A stretch of DNA of 19,450 nt from contig LPNZ01009398.1 in NCBI GenBank assembly GCA_001655205.1, positions 17,451-36,900 on the forward strand, read 5' to 3'. A model generated the notes under the pieces. It had not been told where the DNA came from. It saw only the letters and a program-made list of their open reading frames with translations, and searched no databases. Shown here one piece after another: positions 1 to 10,665 of this stretch. The translations under genes and the position numbers were made by a program. This DNA comes from Lenisia limosa. Taxonomy: Eukaryota; Protista; Breviatea. The stretch's first letter is position 1, and each line of letters starts with the position of its first letter.

Positions 1-114
1 TTAAACCCCTCAGGAAACTATCGACAGTTTTCCAATTTATGTAAATATACTTTCTGACCGAAGTGAAACCTTATTTGCACTATTACTTCATCTCTAATAT
101 TCGTGACTTTCTAG

Positions 115-3100
115 GCTCAGCCGATACCCAAAACTATATGTCGGGCAGTGGCGGTGAGCGAAGCGTTGATGCAACGATCAACTGCAATACAGCGCCTAGA
201 AGGACTGAAGTTCCGAATCATTGAACGGTCAACTTTGCATGGAAATGTAGCGCATTTGGCGTGTGTTATGGGGCCTCGAAGTGGAGGTTGGAAGGTGCAA
301 TATACAATCTTTATTGTTTTCATTAAAAGTTAAACAATCACTAAATATGTTGAATAACAATTGCGTATATTAGTTGAAAGCCAATTAACTTCATTAGTTT
401 TGCTCATTGAGTCTGGACGTATAATTGAAAGGCACTTCGCTGGGGGAGGATGTATTGACAAAGAACTTGAAACTCTGGTAGGAAATGTTGTAAGAATGAA
501 AATTATTATTTAAACTGACATTTTAATTTAGCAGGTCTGTAAAAAGTATACAACCTCACACTACATCAATTATTCTATTCTTCATTAACCATATCTTATA
601 ATGTATACAAACTTACAGTTGAAATAAATTGTCAAGATATTTATCTTTTTAGCTTGTCGATGACCTAATACATGCAAATCAGGCAATTCGAAAACTCCAT
701 GAAGAAGGTTATACTCATCTTGACGTTATTGTTGAGACATTTGGAGTACAAAGTATGGACTAACAATGCTTTTAAACTTGGTATATCGTTTCATTGTCAC
801 TCTTGTTGTCATAGTCATCCCTTTTCAGATGCTAATTCTACAACCCCACCAATTGCACAACTAACAAAGCTGATTTCAAAGTATTTACATAAGTCGAACA
901 GACAATTGTGAGTTGGAATTCAGCTAAACCTGGATGTGTGGATATTTAATATTTCAAAACATTATAATCCTCAGCAAAAACAGTTATTTGCTGATGATTG
1001 GATTTTAGTGTGTTATCGTTCCAAACAGAGATAATGCACGTTGAAGAAATAGCTACTAAGTTACTCATAATGTAGTCCGGGATTAGACTGCTTTGTGTTC
1101 ACTGCACTTCAAGAAAATGACCTAGCAAGCTTTATAGAGGCTTCTTTCCTCAAGGTTAGAAAATTTGGTGATACAGTACTCCTTGAATGCGCTTGATGAA
1201 TAACAATTATATTAGGATTATTTTAACCTTGTTATCTAACACTGTAGACGTCAAAACATATTCCTGCTGCCACTCTGGAAACTTCTTTCCTCAATGCAGT
1301 CGAACCTCTGAGGTGAATATTGCCAATGACTTGAGCCACCATATAATGGTTTTAGAACTTCATTTCTACTTGAGGATGAGACACAACATGAAAAGTTCCT
1401 TGTCAATGCCGTGCCGGGAGTGAACACTTATACCGCCCAGAGACTGGTGAGATGGTGAATGTTTGGAATTTTTGAAGATAATGTTTGCAAAACACTTTTT
1501 TCCTTTATTTTATGACTTGTATAGAATTCAATCTCTTTATTCACAAATTTTAGCTTGCATATACAACCTTGATCGAGTTAATTACTGGCAATTCCTCCCT
1601 AAAGGAAGCCCATCAACAAGCAATTGAGTCAACAAATTCCAAACAGGTTTGAATTGGCTTTTGCAAGTAGTTATCACTTTAATTGAATAGGATTTACCAT
1701 TGTATTTTTATTATTACACATTTAATTGAATAGGATTTACCATTGTATTTATAAAAAGTTCAAATATGTTCCATCCTCCCTGAGTTAGCACCAAGCAAAA
1801 TTTTACAATTTGAAATAAATTAATCTAATTCAGGATGTTTCAAATGACCCTCTCCACGATGCTGGGTTTTGGATATCATGGAACCTTATTCGGAGACTTC
1901 TCTCATTGAAAAAGTCCAAATTCTTTACTGTTGCTCTGGAAAACACTCAACCTCAAGCTCGTTCTTCAAAGCTACCAACACCATCGTTGGGGTATGCTCA
2001 GTTTATGTATCATTTTGTTAGCCTACAATTGCAATGCTTATCACATTATTCTACTGTGTGAAGAATCTATTCGTGTTCTAGAACCATTTGATGAATGTTT
2101 ATATGAGCTTTTTTGACCAGATTTCGGCAATAATATTGATTATACAAGTACGTGTATGGAATTTTATTGTGTAGTAAATTGCGCTCCGTCAGTTTGGAGC
2201 GTGCATCTAGCCACAATATTGCCGTACAGTCTTCAAATAATGGAAGTTCTATTGTAAAATATTCTTCATCTAAATATGTAAGAGTTATTTATTCTTAAAA
2301 TATGACTGTGGGCTATTGAATTATAATTACTGATTGTTATTTTTGTTTTTGTTCAAAATATCAATTTGAAAAGATGGTAATAAAATGGTAAATTTAGACC
2401 TCAAGAGGTGCAGCAATAAATGTAATGTCATTGTTTTCTTGTTGAATGCTGTTAAGGAATTCATTTGTTAGATGTCACCAGAACCCGAGAAGTCTTTCGG
2501 ATTTCCAACCATTGCTCCAAAGAACTCACCAAGAGGCCAAACTCCCCCCACACCGGTCTTACCCATGTCGGCTCAATCGCAACCAATGCCCAGATCAGCT
2601 GTTGCTCCACCTTCGCAGTCACAATCGCATCATATGGATAAGAGACCGAGGCGACATGATCGTGATTTACAGGTGGGAATAGCTCTGTGTATTATCAAAA
2701 GAATATCTCGACAGACTACTGTGGTCATTTTATGTCATACATTACTGTGACTTGATATACATACATACATGTAGCTATGTAGGAAGACTCACAAGTAATA
2801 CTAAACACCTGTCAACAAGTTTATTTGATTATACTGCTTTTCGAATTGCGTTAGAATGTTGTACCTATTCCGCGAAAACATTTTTTTGATATTTTGACTC
2901 TTCAGGCCTCCATGGACACCAGACATTACCAGCGTCATGAAGATGACAACATTGACAACCAACCAATCACTTCACAATACTCTGCCCCGGAGCCCCAAAG
3001 TCGACATAGCCGTCAATTACTGATGCAACATTCGGAGGTGAGGATGAGTTCCGTCAAAATAATGACATTGGGAGGAAGAAAGCACGTTAAGCTTAATTAT

Positions 3101-6100
3101 ATGATTTTATGAAATGATTTAGATGGTGCCTCGTCAAGAACATTTAACTCCTCATCATGGAGGTCATGTGTCTTCACAATATCACAATAATGTCCGCCAT
3201 CCGAGCCAACAACCAAGTCGCTATAGTTATCAGAGTTCCGAAGAGCCTCAATTAGTCAGATATAGCAGAAGCAGGGGTATGAATTTTAGTACTTGAATGA
3301 CACTCTTGGATAATTTTAATGTGATGTTCATAAATACTGAAATTGTGTTTATGTTTAAGCATGATAACTCATTTTTAATATTATTTTCAATTCCATAATC
3401 TATTCGCCTGCCACTAGTGATAAATCTTGATAAGTTAACAAAACCCACGGAACCATTAACTTCACATAGGATTACCCGCACCTCCTCAAACAACGTACTA
3501 CGACCTAGCAAACGGGAGAAACGTGAGGCGCTCAATGTCCGTTCAACCTGCACGTATGGGGGACATATAATATATTGTATATTTGAAACTCGTCACATAC
3601 CTCATATAGTACATACATTTACCTTATTGGTTTAATGAAAACTGAGTCACAAAACAACGAAAAATAGTGTCGGACACAATTTGTTCATATATATCTTAGC
3701 TGTCCCAACCCCACACATTCAAAGACAATGGCAAACAGGCAGCATCCAACACCCTCCAAGAAATGTTTCAAGGTTGGGGATCGTATAAGTTAAATGTGTT
3801 ACTGTTTTTATACATAACTATTACTTATGTAAAATTATTCTATATTATTGGATTATAATATTGGTTATATTACAGTGAAGACGCAAATATTGTCTACAGT
3901 GAATAATCAAGTAGTCACCTCTTAATTTTTGTGGCACCTTAAAACAAAATTGAAATTTATATTATTTATATTTTCTAAGAATTGAAAACATAACTAGTCT
4001 CAACAGTGAGTATTACCCTAATATTTACCTTTTCAGAGGGCGATCAATAGCACGTGACCAAAGATCTTATCCATCGCATTCAATGAACCCTCGAGTCCAA
4101 AGCCCTATGTGTTGGAGGGGAATTTGAAAGATTTGTGCAATTAATTGAGAAAACAAAATGAAAGTGGACAAGAACTCCATTGCAATTACTTTTATTTCAA
4201 ATTGACAGTTGTGTTTCAAAAGTTGTTCTATAAACAGGTTTACTCTGCATAGATCCTTCAGACAGATACACCATTAGCCCTTCGGTACAAAGATGTAAGA
4301 GGGATATATCATATTCAATGCCTTCAATATATTAATAAGATTATATGAACCATGAGTGAAACCAAAATGATGTTTTGATTGTAACACAATATATCATGCA
4401 AATATGATGCCTTGATGTTAATATGTATATGAATGTAATGTGTAATTAATACACTTACAAATTATCAGAACTTTTGAAAACAATCACATCCGATTATTTA
4501 CTTCTAGATGGTACTATGGAGTCGCCATATGAAAACACCCGACCCATGAGGCACCAACATGGTGAGGAAAGAAGGGTTGATGTTACCTACTGGACATGAT
4601 AGACGTGATTTCTATTTTTGATTAACCTAATTAGATGTAAAGAGACAGCGTCTCTTTGTCGATCGTGACGCCTATCAACAGAGTGCGTATCAAGAGTTTG
4701 GGGGGTATTAAATATATGTCATATGCACACTTTTTTAGTTTAAGGAGACTTAATTGCACATATGTGATTACTCCCTTTCTTAAAAAGTATCTTTGATAGA
4801 TTATGTACCATTTGCAGAGCTCATGCATTCTACATTGTGAAGTTATGTGAGAATCCTGTTTACTGGTTTTAGCTACCCATATAGTGAACGCGAGTCATCG
4901 TATGAGTCGGAAAGTAGGCAAAACGATAGTTTTACTCTTATCTCCTATGAGATAGTGTGATCACTTGTTTCCACCTTTTATGATATTATGCCTTTTTTTA
5001 TGACCTGTATTTCTCTCTGTTGACCAAAGTTTCCAATATTCACAAGTTCTTGGAGTGTTTTTGGATATATTCTTATTTTTCTTCTTTCATTTTGTTTAAC
5101 ATGAGTCAAAACTAGGATTATGATAATACATTTGGCTTCCACCTGATGCCATAGGCTCTTATGAAGACACTTATAAGAGACATCCTCCACGTGAAGCACA
5201 AAGAAGACACGGTGGGAACCTTGCATCTGAAAATTAACAAATGATGAATGATATTACTCTGTTATAGAATAAAAGAACATTATTCATTTACAGATTTTGA
5301 CAAAAACTCATCATTATAGATATGTACTCAGAAACGGCCCCCTCAAGACCTCGTCGTATTTCAGTATCGTATGAGGGACTAATTATTGTTTGAAAAGCCA
5401 CAGTTTTACTTTTTTCTATTTTGTTAGTCAAATGATTTTGACCACCAGATTCATAATTCATTGAAAGAAATACATGTACAATTTTTATAATATGGGAATT
5501 CGCTAATGTACACTTTACCTAATAGCCGCTTTTTTGTTAATCTCTGCGTCGTTTCAATAACCGCTCAGAAATCAGCCACAGCAGAAGAGATCAATCATCG
5601 AAATAGATGGATACAGCCAGGAGGACTCTCGCAAGTACGTCGAAAACCTTCAAAAGGAACATCCTTCAACTTGTGGTGTGTGGGTAGTACCCTGATTAAC
5701 TTCATTTATAACGTTATTTTTACTATGGTGAGTTGAACAATATTCTATTGGGATGTGCTGGATTTAAAAACAGTCTTGACTTATTCAAAGCTCATTAGGA
5801 GTGACAACCTATAACCTTCCATAAGCAACAGCATGTACATGTCTTCACAATTCAGGATTTACACCCGATAAACGCCAACTCACTTATGATCCAATTTCTG
5901 CTGACATACAGGTGAGCAATGTGTTTTGTTGTATATTAATATGAGAATTTGTATCCTTCAATTTCTAAGGTATGGCATCTCAGTATCACAAATTTCAAAT
6001 CACATTCATAATACCAGTTGTTTGGATGATTGGAACATTAATTGAACACGACATGGCAACTCATCATTCTAGGTTGAGAAGACAGGGCGACGCTATCGCC

Positions 6101-6132
6101 AAACCAAGCTCAACTGGGTTCAGAGACATTAG
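115..6132 (+). CDS. SHOC1: 3' part of a SHOC1/Zip2-like XPF-family meiotic recombination protein (spliced; 5' end outside the window)
   Basis: Phase-compatible GT-AG exons: 653-752, 829-880, 1076-1154, 1248-1312, 1356-1446, 1554-1646, 1834-1991, 2175-2277, 2472-2672, 2906-3037, 3123-3276, 3470-3553, 3700-3772, 4037-4110 (weak donor), 4253-4294, 4508-4561, 4635-4704, 4873-4913, 5320-5368, 5569-5675, 5856-5911, 6073-6132 (TAG). Exon 115-153 is likely but its frame is uncertain. The translation has an ERCC4-like half (QAIRKLHEEGYTHLDVIVE...PGLDCFVFTALQENDLASFIE), an HhH segment (EDETQHEKFLVNAVPGVNTYTAQRLLAYTTLIELI) and a terminal KRQLTY...QTKLNW motif recalled from SHOC1 C-termini. Coding status is strong; orthology is inferred from remembered motifs. 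Confidence 0.65.
1678..1750. repeat. Exact 30-bp intronic direct duplication (period 43)
   Basis: TTTAATTGAATAGGATTTACCATTGTATTT at 1678-1707 and 1721-1750. Confidence 0.95.
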
Positions 6133-6175
6133 CTTGTATTGTAATCGTTCTGTACATTAGTTTTGGTAATGTAAT

Positions 6176-6181
6176 TTTATT
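6176..6181 (-). promoter_or_regulatory. Candidate polyadenylation signal of the minus-strand gene
   Basis: AATAAA on the - strand (plus TTTATT), about 240 nt downstream of the predicted stop at 6418-6420. Confidence 0.4.
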
Positions 6182-6417
6182 GTTTTAAGGATTCTTGACA
6201 TCGATTTTTTTTTGACATTTCTCCCTAATCAGAGAGAAATTCAATTGTCCCGATGTTTCTTCAGTCAAAGACTATTTCCCTCAAAATTTTTTGAGAAAGA
6301 ATAAGCCACTTCTTCTCTTTACCATGGAAATCCCCCATTATCAGATAACAAAACTGCATACCTCTCGTATAAATAAGAAAAAAACAGAAAATTAACATAG
6401 CATAGTATTTGCAGCAT

Positions 6418-9400
6418 CTACTGCGGTCTCACACCTGATCGCGGACTAAAGGAATTAACTCATTTCGCTGCAAAGATAATGATTTGGCAGACAGAGAAAA
6501 AAAGTCATTCCATATGTATGATACGATGGCAATGCTACAATAAAGAAACGGTTCCTTACTTACCGTGATCGTGATGAAGGGGGGTTATTGGAAGGGCTCA
6601 GCGCTCCATTTGGGGGAACTTCGTCTGTTGTGTGAAATCCTCAATGTCCCAAAGTATAGAATAATCTATCATAAAACAAAAGGGAAAGGCAAGAAAGTCT
6701 AGATAGATATAGATAAGCATATATACATATATGCATATCATATATTATATATCTATATCAATATATAAATTGAAATAAAACGGAGAAATTTCAAAAGCAA
6801 ACTTGTAGGTGATGTCGGCAGTGCAAGGGGCTGCATTTCAATGGATTCAGGACGATGGGGGTCGGATACGGGAGGGGAGGGTTCTACACAGTGAAATTTC
6901 ATTTTTTAAATCAGAATTCGAAGTCTTTATTGGGATGCTGGCCTGTTCATCCCATTTGTTTTGTATATAATGAAACAACGTAATCACAAGTCATACGCAT
7001 ACTACTCAAGAAATATCAGGTGACATACCAGGGGTTGGGTCCATTATGATGGATTCGAGGGATGGAGTGGAGGTCAAGGGAGGCGCTAAGGAAGCGCTAT
7101 CATCAGGGCCGGTAGTGGTACTGCAATGGACGTGAATGAGCAGGGAGAACAAAAAAACAACACAAAATAATTACTTTTTTAAAAAATGGAGTAAAAAAAA
7201 TAATAAAAAAAATTGCCGAAGGTACTTACCCACCCCCCCCTCACGGTGGCTGGTCGAACATTGCCTCTTGCTGAGAATCCTATTTAANNNNNNNNNNNNN
7301 NNNNNNNNNNNNNNNNNNNNNNNNNNNNNNNNNNNNNNNNNNNNNNNNNNNNNNNNNNNNNNNNNNNNNNNNNNNNNNNNNNNNNNNNNNNNNNNNNNNN
7401 NNNNNNNNNNNNNNNNNNNNNNNNNNNNNNNNNNNNNNNNNNNNNNNNNNNNNNNNNNNNNNNNNNNNNNNNNNNNNNNNNNNNNNNNNNNNNNNNNNNN
7501 NNNNNNNNNNNNNGCGGGAGTCCTGACGGGTTCATCATCAATAACTTCGACTTCCTCGTCGCCGTCAAGGTCTGATACCTCGACAGAACACTCTGAAATG
7601 GCACTACCATTACGCTGTAATGTCGCAGTAGCAGGACGCACTATCATTGTCGGAGCCTCTCGGTGTGACTCCATTCCTACCAAGGAATTATTATTTCGTT
7701 TACAAGAAGCTAAACAGAAGAGTTATATTATATGTTTGAAAAAATACACCCAATTTTGGAACTTCTTGCGGTAAACGGGAATGGGGGNNNNNNNNNNNNN
7801 NNNNNNNNNNNNNNNNNNNNNNNNNNNNNNNNNNNNNNNNNNNNNNNNNNNNNNNNNNNNNNNNNNNNNNNNNNNNNNNNNNNNNNNNNNNNNNNNNNNN
7901 NNNNNNNNNNNNNNNNNNNNNNNNNNNNNNNNNNNNNNNNNNNNNNNNNNNNNNNNNNNNNNNNNNNNNNNNNNNNNNNNNNNNGTTCAGACTAACCTCT
8001 TTCGGTGTTAGCGCGAGTGGTGAGTTGTCCGTCTTTATCATCTTTGTCTTCCTTCTCCTCGTCATCCAAATCAATATTGGTCATCGCCTTGAGTAACGTG
8101 AGGGAACGGAAATGCAAAAGCCCAAAATATGCAACAATAAGCAAAATAGCTTTGTAACAAAACAGTTTTGAGCTGATTGCATCCATCATCATTTTAAGAT
8201 TAGTCATGCAATCGATATAACAAAACATCAAATGTCCACGGACACCTGAGGTGGTGGATTGTTTCTTTACTATGAGGACAAGAACGCAAGTATCCCACCA
8301 AATACTATATCCACACCCACGTTCGACCCCCAGCATTTGAAGGTTTTGAGGAAGCCTGAATTTGTCTCGACAAGGTTGTCAAAGTACTTCGCAATCATTG
8401 GAACCTGTTCAAGTAAAAACAAACACACACATACACACAAAAACAGCATACAAACAAGTCGAACCAATGTAAAATAAAAAAAAGCGCCACAAACGTCGCG
8501 AATAGTTTCCGGGGGAACCATAAGAAGCATATTACGCGTTCGTGTGCTGTCTTCTTTGATACGGTTCAATGTGGGGGACACACAGAGGACTGGAGGGCGT
8601 TAAGGGGTTGAGATAAATGAACCTACCAATGATAGAACCCTCCAATACGATACCCGTGTCTCTAATATGATTCACCAAGCTCTCGTATGAAACCCACGGG
8701 CTTGTATTTCTGTTTGAGTTTCAGATTATTTAATACCTTTACGCCAATATTTTTCATCGAAATTTCCTTCGTTTTACTCTCCCCCCCCCCCCNNNNNNNN
8801 NNNNNNNNNNNNNNNNNNNNNNNNNNNNNNNNNNNNNNNNNNNNNNNNNNNNNNNNNNNNNNNNNNNNNNNNNNNNNNNNNNNNAAATAATAAGGACCCA
8901 GAAATGACTGTACTCCGCATTGTCAATGACATCCAGCATGTCAAGCTGCAGGGGGTGTAATGAAATGTAAAAAACAATAGCAACAACAAAAAAGGAGTAG
9001 GGGGAAAGTACCAGCAGTAGAATATATACACATGTACCTCTGGTGTAAATATAGCAATGAGAAATTAAACAATAAGGTTGTATCAAGCCGTCAACACCAT
9101 CGCCCTTCTAAGAGATATTGGATTATAGTCACCTTATCATTTGACTTACAAACCTCGGGTGTATAGAAACGGGTTTGTAAGAAGAAATATAATTAAAAAA
9201 TGAAAGGAAAGAGAAGAAGAAGAAGAAGAAGAAGAAGAAGAAGAAGAAGAAACTATTCACCCACGTAGTAGATTTCAGTCGCTCTTCCAAGACCATCAAG
9301 TAGCTGGTTTTGGTAGTAGAAGATGATGTTTCTTGAAAGGTCAGATGGCGGCAGTTAGTCTGTTAAAAAATAACTCATTCCTTCCCTCATTTGAGAAATG

Positions 9401-10252
9401 CCTTACATAAAATCATAACAGTTAACATGCAAAACAAAACCGTGCTAAAACAATACAACCGCAAAAACAGAAACACAATCCAAAAGTAACAAGAAAACTT
9501 AGAAAAAAAACACAAATAATAAAAACATAATAAGAAAACATTGAAAAAAGATAAAAAAAAAAAAAGTAACTTCCTCCACCAACTTCAATGCCGGGGAAGA
9601 GGCGGGGTGAGTGGCATTGAAGGGGGGACCAGTGTAGTTAAGGGCTTCTCCCATTGAGACATGAATGTCTGCCTCTGGGTATGGTGTAAAAAAGGTCCAA
9701 CGTTGAATATGCAGTAGTCCAATATATTATACAGTGACCGTGAGAGGTCTTGGCTGATTTGCTTTGTGATTTCCAAAGTAAAATCGGTCGACTTATCCCG
9801 GTCATTGTCTGATATCAATCATATATTATTATACGATAATATATAATACATGTAAAACCGGCAATATCCCTCCCCCCTCACCCGCAATGTATTGCTGTAT
9901 TCGATCGCTCAGTCCAGAGAATCGCGGGTCTGCAGCTGGGACACAATAAATTCCGTTCATATTACAAAGTGTGAGTGTCGCTGTGAATGGCAAATGACAG
10001 TTCAAATAAATTTTTGAATAGAACATTAAGAGCAAATCATGATACATTTGCGCATTGTATTGAGGAAAAAAAAAATTAATGTTGCTGTTAGCATTCCGAG
10101 ACAAAAATGAATCAATTAATTCCACCAACTTTCAGGGCACCTTGACGAGTCGGTAAATACACAGTCGCTTTCATAAAGTAAAGTCTCCATTGGTCCTATA
10201 GAGTTTGACAGACCCAGCGTACTGTTGAGGCCTTTCACCAACTGGGCATGGA
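6418..10252 (-). CDS. Spliced coding region: Cys/N-glycan extracytoplasmic domain + TM + TmcB-like juxtamembrane motif + acidic/Pro-rich tail
   Basis: Exons 10252-10130, 9980-9882, 9674-9584, 9331-9265, 8945-(gap), 8589-8495, 8404-8321, 8087-7997, 7709-(gap), 7279-7230, 7120-7029, 6883-6803, 6624-6564 and 6445-6418 (or acceptor 6467 with an earlier TAA). Phases chain except around the gaps and at a G-run in 7279-7230. Translation: HAQLVKGLNSTLG..LLYESDCVFTDSSRCPE..CNMNGIYC..GLSDRIQQYIAEA..LLDGLGRATEIYY..HFWVLII[gap]LCVSPTLNRIKEDSTRTRNMLLMVPPETIRDVPMIAKYFD. The TR.MLLMVP.E...VP.I..YF motif resembles my recollection of the TmcB C-terminus. Confidence 0.65.
9213..9251. repeat. (GAA)13 microsatellite
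   Basis: Perfect trinucleotide run just inside the intron after minus-strand exon 9331-9265. Confidence 0.95.
9732..9807. mobile_element. Diverged inverted copy of the mini-MITE at 17482-17555
   Basis: The reverse complement CAATGACCGGGATAAGTCGACCGATTTTACTTTGGAAATC...GGTCACTG aligns end to end with 17482-17555; TA is present on the left flank. Confidence 0.7.
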
Positions 10253-10341
10253 CTAAAGAGATGGGAGGGGGAGGGGGTAAATAGACAATTTATGAAACAA
10301 CCCTCCAATCAAATCTGTTCGGGCCACCACAATAACATAAC

Positions 10342-10535
10342 AAACAAAGCCTAGGCCAGTCGCTTCTGCAGCACCACATCCCATCACTCTAGCGGAAAAT
10401 AGAATACTTATATATGATATAAAACAATACATATATAAACCGAAAATCAAAGTGGTTGACTAAGCATTTGGTTAACCTTAAAACAACAAAACAAAGCCCA
10501 GGTCAGTCGCTTCTACAACACTGCATCCATCACTC
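10342..10535. repeat. Two diverged ~48-bp direct repeats
   Basis: 10342-10389 AAACAAAGCCTAGGCCAGTCGCTTCTGCAGCACCACATCCCATCACTC versus 10489-10535 AAACAAAGCCCAGGTCAGTCGCTTCTACAACACTGCATCCATCACTC (6 mismatches, 1 indel). Confidence 0.85.
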
Positions 10536-10665
10536 GAAAGGAGGTCGGAAAGTGGGGTGAATGTTTTAAATGATTTCAATACTACGCACACATTCAAGGT
10601 CAAAGTTACCAAATACGCTAGTAACAGCCGTACCAAAGAAAATAACATTCAAAAACTCCACTTAC

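Noticed and set aside
653-1646. Kinase-like look (LHEEGYTHLD; ELITG)
   Set aside because: No VAIK, DFG or APE motifs at proper spacing; the ERCC4-like plus HhH interpretation explains the whole stretch better.
7136-8074. Long ORFs in the track (212, 170, 124, 108 aa)
   Set aside because: They run through N gaps; only the minus-strand segments 8087-7997 and 7709-7514 are supported as exons.
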